A stretch of 39,656 bases of DNA from Oligoflexales bacterium (GCA_045105515.1 JBGCDR010000146.1:1-39656), one strand, 5' to 3'; counted from the first letter of the stretch, positions 27,306 to 36,641 are shown. Program-made: numbers and translations. The notes: generated by a model not told the origin, from the sequence alone.

Positions 27306-29435
27306 TTAAGCAGCACTTTTTTGTTTATCTAAGTGCTTAAGCATTGAATTTAACAATACTGATTCATCAAACTTTTTTAAAAAATCTGAGAACCCAAGTT
27401 CTTTCCCTCTTTGAATTAGGTCGTCAGTATAGCGGCTCGTCATAGCAACTACCGGAATATTGCCCCATTTTTCACTGTTACGAATGTTTTCAAGAAGCTC
27501 AAATCCATCCATTTCCGGCATTTCAATATCGGTTATTACAAAATCTACGTCCTTGTTCGATGCATTAGCCAAATATTGGTGGGCTAATCTACCATTTTTT
27601 TCGGAATGAACATTGAACCCAAAATTTTTCAGAGTCCTTTGAATATGATTTCTATAAGAATTACTGTCCTCAACAAGAAGGATACTAAGATTCTTTGGTA
27701 AGAGCATTAGAACTTCGGCATTGGGATCACTAGAATCTAATCCAATGAATTCGCTTATGATCGAATATACATCGATGCAGACAATGATTTGCTCTTTATA
27801 GATTACATTCCCAACAATTCCTACAGATTGAGTCAAGCCTTCTTCTGTCTCACCTCTAATCTCAATAACATCAAGAATACTATCCACAAGTATGCCAAAA
27901 AACTGATTACAATGTTTAACTACTGCAACTGAATGCTTAGCCGATTTTTTTTCGCTTTTATTTATATCATTGAAATCTACATAATCTAAAACTGAGATAA
28001 GAGGCAATATATCATCACCATAGTTGACCACAAGATTATCCCCACAATATTCTAGGTCATCTTCATCAAATTCCTCCAATCTGTGGACAAATCCCAATGG
28101 AATTGCGTATCTACCAGGAACGTTAAGATCAACTAGTAGATATTCCTCGACTGTTTCATTGAGCTTTAAACTTAGGTCTTCTACCTGATTATTGATAAAT
28201 TTTTGAGATTGTTCTGAAAAGATATCTTCTCCCTCTGCTAAGCCAACTGCATCAAGTACGAGAGCAACCGATCCGTCCCCCATGATTGTGGCTCCTGAAT
28301 AAACCGAGGCATTTTTGAGAAAACTACTTAGTGGCTTCACAACGATATCTGTGGAATCAACAATGGTATCTACCACCAAGCCAAAGGAACAGTTATTTGC
28401 TGTGAGTACAGCTATATTTTTCGTATGAATTGGGTTTTCCTTTGGACACAGTCCAAGGGCATGTTCAAGAGAAATCAGCGATAATATGCTGCCTCTGAGC
28501 CTATAAATTGGCTTTCCACCAAGCCATTCTATCATTTCTCCATGTTCATTATCTTCAACCATTACTAGCTCTTGAATTTTTACCTGTGGAATTGCATATT
28601 TTTCGTTTTTTACTTGTACAATGACTGCTGGAACTATTGCCAAAGTAAGAGGTATCTTCAATAGTATCGCTGACCCATGCCCTTCCTGACTATCTAGCTC
28701 TATGGTGCCATTGATCTGCTCGATGTTAGTTTTAACAACGTCCATTCCAACGCCCCTGCCAGATATACTTGACACCTTTGCAGCTGTTGAAAATCCTGGA
28801 TTAAATATTAAATTAAAAATTTGTTTTCGGGTCATATTTTGTATTTCATCATTGCTAACTAGACCCTTACTCACTGCCTTGTTAGCGATTAATTTTTCAT
28901 CTAGGCCCTTTCCGTCATCAATCACTTGCACAACTACCTGACCACCTTCGTGGAAGGCTTTAATACTAATATTTCCTTTCTCGTTTTTACCTTTTTTCAC
29001 CCTTACATCAGGGTTTTCTATACCATGATCAACCGCGTTTCTTACAATATGAATCAAAGGGTCTTTTATACCTTCAATTAAAGTCTTGTCTAGCTCTGTT
29101 TCCGCACCTTGAATTGATAAATCAATCTCTTTTTTTAGATCACGAGATAAATCTCTAACAATCCTACTTAATTTCGAGAGGATATTACCAATAGGCTGCA
29201 TCCTAGTTTTCATAACATCATTTTGTAATTCATTGGTAACAGCATTAAGATTTTGCCCAAGAGCTACCACTTTATCGTCAGATTTCCTCTGCGAGGAAAC
29301 TTGCGTGAATTGATTTCTAATCAGAACCAACTCGCCGATAAAGTTCATCAAATTGTCAAGCAAGCCAACCTGAACCCTTATGGTATCTGAGGAACCATCA
29401 AAACTACCAGTCTTGCCTAATTTTTTATTATCCAT
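27306..29435 (-). CDS. cheA: CheA lacking the Hpt/P1 domain (P3-P4-CheW-CheW-REC)
   Basis: Starts about 15 aa before DTIRVQVGLLDNLMN; intact HIVRNAVDHGIE, DDGKG, FNPGFST, SGRGVGMDVVK; C-terminal REC (VEDS, TDIEMP); in-frame TAG two codons upstream of the ATG. Confidence 0.92.
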   Translation of the reverse strand: MDNKKLGKTGSFDGSSDTIRVQVGLLDNLMNFIGELVLIRNQFTQVSSQRKSDDKVVALGQNLNAVTNELQNDVMKTRMQPIGNILSKLSRIVRDLSRDLKKEIDLSIQGAETELDKTLIEGIKDPLIHIVRNAVDHGIENPDVRVKKGKNEKGNISIKAFHEGGQVVVQVIDDGKGLDEKLIANKAVSKGLVSNDEIQNMTRKQIFNLIFNPGFSTAAKVSSISGRGVGMDVVKTNIEQINGTIELDSQEGHGSAILLKIPLTLAIVPAVIVQVKNEKYAIPQVKIQELVMVEDNEHGEMIEWLGGKPIYRLRGSILSLISLEHALGLCPKENPIHTKNIAVLTANNCSFGLVVDTIVDSTDIVVKPLSSFLKNASVYSGATIMGDGSVALVLDAVGLAEGEDIFSEQSQKFINNQVEDLSLKLNETVEEYLLVDLNVPGRYAIPLGFVHRLEEFDEDDLEYCGDNLVVNYGDDILPLISVLDYVDFNDINKSEKKSAKHSVAVVKHCNQFFGILVDSILDVIEIRGETEEGLTQSVGIVGNVIYKEQIIVCIDVYSIISEFIGLDSSDPNAEVLMLLPKNLSILLVEDSNSYRNHIQRTLKNFGFNVHSEKNGRLAHQYLANASNKDVDFVITDIEMPEMDGFELLENIRNSEKWGNIPVVAMTSRYTDDLIQRGKELGFSDFLKKFDESVLLNSMLKHLDKQKSAA

Positions 29436-29478
29436 AAGCTACTAGTTCCTACGAACCTTTACAAAGGTTATGGCCGGC

Positions 29479-29505
29479 TTATCGGAAGTAAAAAATAAAA
29501 GGTTA
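29479..29505 (-). promoter_or_regulatory. Sigma28 (FliA)-like promoter for the che operon
   Basis: Minus strand TAAC-N15-TCCGATAA, 43 bp upstream of the P1-less cheA start. Confidence 0.6.
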
Positions 29506-29628
29506 AGAGATAGAGCGAAGATCCCTTAACAAACTCAGCGAAATGAGATTTTCTTAAAAAACAGCAGAACGATTCAATTATAAATATTCAAATTGCTGCA
29601 ATATTAAAAAAATACAAGCATCATCTAT

Positions 29629-30702
29629 CTATTTCTGATTAACTATTTTATAGGTTATATTTTGAATTTTCTTAAGATTTGCTAAGACATCTTCCTCTAG
29701 TTTTGAACTATGATAGTCAGTTTTGATCATCTTTGATGACCAATGCGCAAGTTTTATGTATGTATTAAAATTCAGTTCTGCTAACCTTCGAATGCTGAAT
29801 TGGGTTTCATAGTTTTTCAATGCTTTCTGTAATTCGAAGATTAGCAGGTCTTTTTTAAAAGGTTTTGGCAAAAATGCAAATGCTCCTAAATTAATGAATT
29901 CTTTTAGGTCTTCCATCTCAGCATACCCTGAATAGAAAATTACTGGCATCATTAGTTCTCTCTTACGTAATTCCCGAATAAAATCTAAACCATTCATCTC
30001 TGGCATTTTAAGATCAGTAATTATAGCCGAGATCGCTGTATCTGAATTATCAATTTCTTCTAGCGCAAGTCTGCCATTCATGGCTTTTAAAACTCTTACT
30101 CCGAGCGCCTTCTCGATTGAAGTAGACAACACCGTTAGGAGGCTAGCTTCATCATCACAGATAAGGATAGTAGTTTCTTTTAAGCTTTGCCTAACATCAA
30201 AATATTGAGAACTAGCTGGTTTGGGATCTTTAGACTTTGGTTTTTTAGCAGTCATACTAAAAACACCGTATTTCTCCATAATTTCAGACTTATTTGCGGC
30301 AATATTTTCTTTTCCAATAAGTTCACTAATCTTTTCTTGGAAGTCAGAAGTATCCAGAGTAAACCCATAATTTTCCAATAAGCCTTCAACAAAAGTCGCC
30401 AGCATGTCGTTAGCATCCAACAACAAATCAATAATTTCTTTGGAAATCTGAATTTCGCCAGCCCCGATTTTACTTAGTAAAGATTCGAAGTCATGAGCAA
30501 AATCGCTAAGCTGCTGAAAACCAGCTGCAGATCCTGAACCTTTAATGGTATGGGCGAGGCGAAAAATTTGATCTATGGTTTTATTATTATTTTCAGGATT
30601 TTGCTCTAATCCCAGAAATAGTTGCTCGCATTCCTCAAGCATTTCTTTGGCTTCTTCCAAAAAATCTTGCTTTAAAACATCAATTTCATAATCAATTTTC
30701 AT
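29629..30702 (-). CDS. CheA-P1-like Hpt fused to a REC domain
   Basis: FLEEAKEML, IFRLAHTIKGSG, AHDFESLL; REC ICDDE, ITDLKMP, YSG, KPF. Confidence 0.92.
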   Translation of the reverse strand: MKIDYEIDVLKQDFLEEAKEMLEECEQLFLGLEQNPENNNKTIDQIFRLAHTIKGSGSAAGFQQLSDFAHDFESLLSKIGAGEIQISKEIIDLLLDANDMLATFVEGLLENYGFTLDTSDFQEKISELIGKENIAANKSEIMEKYGVFSMTAKKPKSKDPKPASSQYFDVRQSLKETTILICDDEASLLTVLSTSIEKALGVRVLKAMNGRLALEEIDNSDTAISAIITDLKMPEMNGLDFIRELRKRELMMPVIFYSGYAEMEDLKEFINLGAFAFLPKPFKKDLLIFELQKALKNYETQFSIRRLAELNFNTYIKLAHWSSKMIKTDYHSSKLEEDVLANLKKIQNITYKIVNQK

Positions 30703-30714
30703 GTCATTCCTAAA

Positions 30715-31479
30715 CTACTGTTTGGTAACACCTATTTGCCCAACAAAACTGTTTAATATCGGTCTTTTTCTTGGCCCAAAGTAGTCAATATAGTCTTGCG
30801 TCCAATGATTCCATCGCCGCGATTCATCCTGGCGAATATCATAATATTTACGGAGAACTATGTCATATGCACCAATGACTTCAGGATCGAAGCTTGCTTT
30901 GCATGTTCCTTGCCAAAGCGGATCAGCAAGCCTTGTAGGCTCAAAAGGGTCGATGAATATTTTTAAACTATTTATTCCTTGTGCACGCTCGTCAATAACT
31001 TTTGACTCAAATAAAAAATCTACGCGGTCACGATATCGCCGATTAGTTTTACACTTCCTTCCAAGGCTAATCGTTATTATTTCTTTTTGTTCAAGACCAT
31101 CATCATAGTCCTGAACAAACATAAATCCCATTAACTCTGAGTCATTAATGATACTTAAAAAACTGTCTAGCTCCTTTGGGCCCGTCAATTTAACCGATTT
31201 TTGAACTATTTTTTTCATAGTATCAATTAGATCTACGTCATGATTGGGACGTAGATAAAATGATTCAAAAGTATTGACATGGATTTTATTTTGTGGCCTT
31301 GACCATCCAATCTTTTTCTTCTGCCTATAATTTTCAAATTTATTCATGAGGTATTTAAGAATATTGCTTGATTTTTTCTTTTCAGATAAAGCAAGATAAA
31401 TTTCACTATATTCTTGGCTATTTAAAACCTCACTTTGATCTCCGCATGGTTTATCCTGTGTCTTCTTACTAATGTGCAC
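30715..31479 (-). CDS. Hypothetical protein, first gene of the Hpt-REC unit
   Basis: 254-aa ORF, AAGGA RBS with GTG start, 12-bp gap to the Hpt-REC gene; no recognised motif. Confidence 0.7.
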   Translation of the reverse strand: MHISKKTQDKPCGDQSEVLNSQEYSEIYLALSEKKKSSNILKYLMNKFENYRQKKKIGWSRPQNKIHVNTFESFYLRPNHDVDLIDTMKKIVQKSVKLTGPKELDSFLSIINDSELMGFMFVQDYDDGLEQKEIITISLGRKCKTNRRYRDRVDFLFESKVIDERAQGINSLKIFIDPFEPTRLADPLWQGTCKASFDPEVIGAYDIVLRKYYDIRQDESRRWNHWTQDYIDYFGPRKRPILNSFVGQIGVTKQ

Positions 31480-31887
31480 AGTGATTTTTCCTTTATACCT
31501 GGCATATAGAAAACATCTTTATCACATTATCTTCGGAAATATTGTCAGTCTAATAAATAGCAATTTCTTCCTAGTATGCCAAAAATCCACTCTCATAGAA
31601 GTGATTACAAGTAGTTCTAATGGATATGGAAAAAATTCCAACTCACAGAAAACCATAAGAAATGAGAAATCATTACCTAAGAATCAGTTGAACACGCCTA
31701 GTTTATATATTTCAAAAAGGAAAAGGGCATACAATGAGTTTTAGATTTACTTATAATTTGAAACAATAGAATTAGAAGACCCATCGGGCCATTTTAATAA
31801 TCACGTGATGAGCTAGTCTTATTTGAACAACTTTTAGGTGGTTTAAACTGAGATTTAATGCGATTATAAACCAGGGAGGTCACCTTT

Positions 31888-32223
31888 ATGAACGATCAAA
31901 AATTTCTATTCAAATTAATTGTATTGATGGGAATCTATTCATGTACAACCCCCTCAAGAATAACTAAACCGACTGAAGCTCTGAATAATAACCCTAATCT
32001 TAAGACTTACGAATCACAATTCAACTCCGATCCCACCCTACATGCAAACTACAGTCCCTTACGTATATCGAACAAGACTTGCCGAGAAAATCAAGCTTAT
32101 ATTTTGAAACAGGTACCTGCTAAACAAATTGAATTCGGAATCTATCAAAGTTTTTCTCTAAATAAGCTATCTTTCAATAAAAGTGGATTTTTTACCGGGT
32201 ATCGGTGCACCCCTCAGCAATAA
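31888..32223 (+). CDS. Small putative lipoprotein
   Basis: GGAGG RBS; signal MNDQKFLFKLIVLMGIYSC with lipobox Cys. Confidence 0.6.
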   Translation: MNDQKFLFKLIVLMGIYSCTTPSRITKPTEALNNNPNLKTYESQFNSDPTLHANYSPLRISNKTCRENQAYILKQVPAKQIEFGIYQSFSLNKLSFNKSGFFTGYRCTPQQ

Positions 32224-32316
32224 ATTATAATATTTTTAGAATTTCTTGCGATAAGCATAGAAATGATAGTTATCTCGTTAATCCCCTTAAGAGTTTCCAA
32301 AAGGAGGACAGGTATA

Positions 32317-34176
32317 ATGTCTGTTTTAATGAAGCCTCATGCTCTAAAAATCTATCGTTTACTCATGGTTTATGGAATCTGCTTTCTATATTCACCAACT
32401 AATAGTGCGGCTGGAGACTTACCTGCTATCAACATCGAAAAGAAAATAAATTCTTTACTAAGCCAAATGAGTCTGGATGAGAAAATCGGTCAAATGACCC
32501 AAGTCAACAAACTCACCATCGACAAAAACTTACATCATATAAAAGAGCTATATATTGGCTCAATCCTTAGTGGAGGAGGGGAATCGCCTAAACCAAACAG
32601 CCCTGAATCTTGGGCTAAAATGACCAGACTCTATCAACAACAAGCAACACAGACTAGGCTTGGAATTCCACTCATTTACGGAATAGATGCTGTGCATGGA
32701 CACGCAAATGTGTATGGAGCAGTTGTGTTCCCTCATAATATTGGTCTTGGTGCTAGCCGAGACCCGAAGCTTATTGCCGAAATTGGTAAAATAACTTCTA
32801 AAGAAATTGCTGCAACAGGTATTCATTGGAACTTTGCACCTGCAGTATCTGTAGCACGAAATTTGCGATGGGGCAGAACTTATGAAGGATTCAGTGAAGA
32901 CACTAACTTAGTAAGAACTTTGAGTCGAGCCTACGCTTCGGGTTTGAACAGTATTAGAACGAATAATGGAGCAAAAATCCTTGGAACAGCAAAACACTTT
33001 GTTGGAGATGGAGGAACTATATGGGGCTCTTCTCATAACAGTCAGTATAAGATAGATCAAGGAGATACTCCCCTCAGCGAACAGGAGTTAAGACGAATTC
33101 ACCTACCACCCTATATAGATCTAATCGAAGATGGAATCCAATCTGTGATGGTTTCATATAGTAGCTGGAATAGGGAGTTGATGCACCGGCATTCATATCT
33201 TATTCAAGATGTCCTGAAGGGAGAGCTGGGATTTGATGGTCTTGTAGTTTCTGATTGGTTAGGAGTTTATTGGCAAGACGGAGAAGATGATGCCATCAAA
33301 ATTGAAAACAGTATCAATGCTGGAATCGATATGGTTATGGCAGTCGATCGCTATGCAGATTTTATCCGAACTCTCAAAAACCTTGTTGTAAATGGAAGAG
33401 TACCCTTATCTCGCATCGATGATTCAGTAAAAAGGATTCTTAGAGTCAAACATCGCATAGGATTGTTTACAGATCCTTTCTATTCAAACAATTTCTTGGA
33501 TGAAGTAGGCAGCACAGCTCACCGCAAGGTGGCCCGTGAAGCGGTCAGTAAATCTGCAGTCCTTCTTAAGAATGAAAATGTACTTCCCCTTTCTGGAAAA
33601 AATAAGTCCCTGCTAATTGCAGGAAAAGGTGCTAACAACATGGGTTTGCAATGTGGAGGCTGGACTATTAATTGGCAAGGAGGAGATGGCAATATAACTC
33701 CTGGACACACCTTCTTGAATGCCATGCAAACAAGTATGCCAACAAGCTGGTCTATTAATTATCTAGAGAACCCACAAGCTGACAGTGAACCTGGTTCATA
33801 TGATTATGGGATTGTTGTAGTAGCTGAAGATCCTTATGCTGAAGGCTTTGGTGACAAACAAAGACCCCAATTAAAAAATGAGGAATTGGCGCTCATAGCT
33901 CAAGTTAAAGCTCAAAGCAAACAAACCATTCTGCTTATTTATTCAGGTCGTCCCATAGAAATTATGAATGCCGAAAGTCAGGTAGATGCTATCATTGCGG
34001 CTTGGTTACCAGGAAGTGAGGGCCTTGGTTTGAGCGATGTGATCTTAGGCCACCAAGGATTTACTGCAAAATTACCTTATGCATGGCCAAAATCTTTCGA
34101 AAATTACCAAGGATACCCAATTCCCAAGCACAATATTATGTACCCATTTGGTTTTGGAATTGAAGTACTAAGATAA
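32317..34176 (+). CDS. Secreted GH3 beta-glucosidase / exo-beta-glucanase
   Basis: EKIGQMTQ, GIDAVHG, WGRTYEG, AKHFVGDG, nucleophile VVSDW, AWLPGSEG; AGGAGG RBS favours ATG 32317 with a signal peptide (track start 32263). Confidence 0.93.
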   Translation: MSVLMKPHALKIYRLLMVYGICFLYSPTNSAAGDLPAINIEKKINSLLSQMSLDEKIGQMTQVNKLTIDKNLHHIKELYIGSILSGGGESPKPNSPESWAKMTRLYQQQATQTRLGIPLIYGIDAVHGHANVYGAVVFPHNIGLGASRDPKLIAEIGKITSKEIAATGIHWNFAPAVSVARNLRWGRTYEGFSEDTNLVRTLSRAYASGLNSIRTNNGAKILGTAKHFVGDGGTIWGSSHNSQYKIDQGDTPLSEQELRRIHLPPYIDLIEDGIQSVMVSYSSWNRELMHRHSYLIQDVLKGELGFDGLVVSDWLGVYWQDGEDDAIKIENSINAGIDMVMAVDRYADFIRTLKNLVVNGRVPLSRIDDSVKRILRVKHRIGLFTDPFYSNNFLDEVGSTAHRKVAREAVSKSAVLLKNENVLPLSGKNKSLLIAGKGANNMGLQCGGWTINWQGGDGNITPGHTFLNAMQTSMPTSWSINYLENPQADSEPGSYDYGIVVVAEDPYAEGFGDKQRPQLKNEELALIAQVKAQSKQTILLIYSGRPIEIMNAESQVDAIIAAWLPGSEGLGLSDVILGHQGFTAKLPYAWPKSFENYQGYPIPKHNIMYPFGFGIEVLR

Positions 34177-34323
34177 GATTCTGTGGTACCATTTACTCCT
34201 TATTTTAATAGACCATTAATATCTATTTTTTGTTAAGATAGAGCTTCATATTCGTTGCATATTAAACTGCTTGTTAATAGCTTGCTTCTAATGGAAATAA
34301 AATTTTTAATAGAAGAGGTAAAG

Positions 34324-35283
34324 ATGATTAATATAAATATTATTAGTGTATTTATATCCATTGTGTTAAGTACCAATGCACTTGGATGCTTAAACAAACT
34401 TGCATGCAGTATAATTCTACCGGCGAGTACTTTTGAACGCCCCCCTATCTTAACAGAAGCAGATATTAAAAAATCTTATAATTTAGGCCCAGAATGGAAT
34501 ATCAAACCAAAGATGATAGAAACCACAAGCAAAAAATCTCTTGATACCATTCTTATTATCCCTCCCGGGTTTGACGCTAAAATCAAGCAATCGGTCATTA
34601 TAGTCTTTAACCCCAATGCTGCATTCTGGCAAGATATGCTCCCTGATATGCTTAAGTGGGCGAAAGATTTAGATTCGATGGTCATCGGTTTTAACTACCG
34701 AGGTTTAGGTTATAGCACATCTTACCCCAACAGAAGTCAGGATCTAGTCAAAGATGGCATAACAGTTGTCGAGTATGTCAAAAAGCAGACTGCTGCTTCT
34801 ATGGTTCTCTATGGGAGATCTTTGGGAGGATCAATTGCTTCTTATGTGGCAAATCATATGCATAAACAAGGGTTAAAGCCCAAATTGTTCGTAGATCGTA
34901 GTTTCAGAAAACTTTCACTTGCTTCCAATCATATTATTGCTAAAGCTCAACAACAAGGAAGGGAAATGGAAACTTGGCAGGGCAGCTTATTTGCTCTTGC
35001 TCCCATTCAAACGCTTGCAAAAATTGGTCTTGTTTTATCAAGGTGGTCATTGAACACTGAAAAAGAATTCAAATCGATCCCTAAAGAGCGAAGAATGGCA
35101 ATCTATGCTAGTCATGATGAAATGTTTCCTTTTAAACAAAGCCTATGTTCAGCACTTCCAAAGGAGGAGCAACAATGGCTTTTTTTGGGTGGACACAACC
35201 AATCAATGGACTCTCTTAAACACCACAAAATCAGAGGATTAAATGGAACCAATCTTTTTTATAATTTTGTTTTAAATTACTGA
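34324..35283 (+). CDS. Exported alpha/beta hydrolase (ABHD12/13/17-like)
   Basis: FNYRGLGYS, nucleophile elbow GRSLGG, DRSF, HDEM, GGHN; GAGG RBS before ATG 34324; N-terminal hydrophobic segment ending ALGC. Confidence 0.8.
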   Translation: MININIISVFISIVLSTNALGCLNKLACSIILPASTFERPPILTEADIKKSYNLGPEWNIKPKMIETTSKKSLDTILIIPPGFDAKIKQSVIIVFNPNAAFWQDMLPDMLKWAKDLDSMVIGFNYRGLGYSTSYPNRSQDLVKDGITVVEYVKKQTAASMVLYGRSLGGSIASYVANHMHKQGLKPKLFVDRSFRKLSLASNHIIAKAQQQGREMETWQGSLFALAPIQTLAKIGLVLSRWSLNTEKEFKSIPKERRMAIYASHDEMFPFKQSLCSALPKEEQQWLFLGGHNQSMDSLKHHKIRGLNGTNLFYNFVLNY

Positions 35284-35414
35284 AATTAGTTAGGGGAATC
35301 TTTTGATTATACATAACTACGTATAATCGATGTGTTTTTAATAGAAATTCTCCTGGCCTACTAATCTAATGCCAGTTTTATCCGAATTCAGTAAGGGGGG
35401 TCCTGATTAAATTC

Positions 35415-36584
35415 ATGAAACAACGCCATCTCATCGTTTTTTGTTATTGGTTTTCAACATTCGTCGAAGGTGCATCGCGAATAATACTCCCTTTATACCT
35501 TGCAATGATAAAAGTAAGTACCATTAATATTGCCTGGATCTTCTTTCTATTTGAATTTTTTGGTTTAGTGACCAACATTTATTCAGGTCTACTAATCAAT
35601 CGATACGGATACAAAAGAGCATTTGTTGGCTCCTTAATAATTCATACCCTAGCCAGTTTTACTTTTTTATTGATTCATCAAGACTTTAATAGCCTCTATA
35701 TTTTAATCATATGCGGCATTGCTAGAAGCATGCGTGGCGTGGGTAAAGAGCTAATTAAAACCACAGCAAGTGCTTACGTGAAACAAGATAAAGGTGGACG
35801 CTCCAAGCTAATCCAGCTCCTCTTGGGTGGCAAAGACACGACCAAAGGAATAGGTATGCTAGCAGGTGGATTCTTGTTAATTGGCATCGGATTTTACTAC
35901 TCCTTTCTAGCTCTAGGCTTTATTACCGCTGTTAGCTCCTTCATTGCATTAATATGGATCAAAGACTTTAGAGAAAAGAAACGAGTTGATGGTTTAAAAG
36001 GTTTTCTAAATGCTAGCAGGGAAATGAAATACCTTTCCTATGCTCGCGCTTTCTTATATGCGGGACGCGACCTATGGTTAGTAATTCCCGTTCCAGTTTT
36101 TGCTGTTCAAGCAGAAGTTGACCCAAGCCTCACAGCAACAATTCTCGCTGCGGGAGTAATAAGTTTTGGATTGATTCAGCCAATTTTCAATTCTTTTCTT
36201 CGCAAAAAAACCATTCATAAGAATAAATGGAGGAGAAGGCCATTACTAGTATGGACTCCTTTTCTTCTAGCTATGATTACTGCAAGCTTATTATGGATTC
36301 CAAGTTCTGTTAATAACTTTATCTGGGTTATTCTTGCATACAATATTTTTGCTGCTATAGCTACCGTACCCCATAACCATTTCCAAATTAAATTTGCTCG
36401 CAAAAAACAAGCTTCTATCGATATTGCATACTATAAAACTATAAGCCAAGTAGGCAAAGTCCTTGCTGTTTTAGGTTCAGGATATCTATATGAAAGTTTT
36501 GGTTTAAAGGGCTGCCTAGTCACTGCTTGTGTAGCACTAATCCTATCTTCTTGCTCGGGTCTTCTGCTCCGTAAGCCTTTGTAA
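35415..36584 (+). CDS. MFS transporter, ArsJ-like
   Basis: About 12 TM helices; LFEFFGLVTN, GVGKELIK, GGKDTTKGIG and RDLWLV parallel ArsJ motifs as I recall them (YEFFGVVTN, GIAKDLNK, GSKNALKGVG, RDVWFV). Confidence 0.75.
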   Translation: MKQRHLIVFCYWFSTFVEGASRIILPLYLAMIKVSTINIAWIFFLFEFFGLVTNIYSGLLINRYGYKRAFVGSLIIHTLASFTFLLIHQDFNSLYILIICGIARSMRGVGKELIKTTASAYVKQDKGGRSKLIQLLLGGKDTTKGIGMLAGGFLLIGIGFYYSFLALGFITAVSSFIALIWIKDFREKKRVDGLKGFLNASREMKYLSYARAFLYAGRDLWLVIPVPVFAVQAEVDPSLTATILAAGVISFGLIQPIFNSFLRKKTIHKNKWRRRPLLVWTPFLLAMITASLLWIPSSVNNFIWVILAYNIFAAIATVPHNHFQIKFARKKQASIDIAYYKTISQVGKVLAVLGSGYLYESFGLKGCLVTACVALILSSCSGLLLRKPL

Positions 36585-36597
36585 AATAGAGCTCAAG

Positions 36598-36623
36598 AGG
36601 AAGTCACTTGACTTTGGCTTCCT
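36598..36623. terminator. Possible hairpin between the convergent MFS gene and mltF
   Basis: AGGAAGTCA-N8-TGGCTTCCT (one G-U pair); no clear U tract. Confidence 0.35.
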
Positions 36624-36641
36624 ACTAGCAGAAATTAAGAT

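Noticed and set aside
29436..29628. Idea that the P1-less cheA is a frameshift or assembly artefact of a fused gene with 29629..30702
   Set aside because: The gap has an in-frame stop, its own RBS and a sigma28-like promoter, and is too short to encode an Hpt; the upstream gene ends in REC plus tail with a normal stop.
15296..31108. Many short plus-strand ORFs antisense to che genes (e.g. 15296, 15713, 20083, 21376, 25011, 28702, 30860)
   Set aside because: Shadow ORFs fully inside well-supported genes, without RBS or motifs.
31472..31744. 90-aa plus-strand ORF
   Set aside because: Overlaps the start and promoter region of the divergent 31479 gene; no RBS or recognisable features.
32205..32402. 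Possible frameshifted continuation of the 31888 lipoprotein
   Set aside because: It would overlap the RBS and signal peptide of the GH3 gene, and there is no clear slippery tract or homology evidence.
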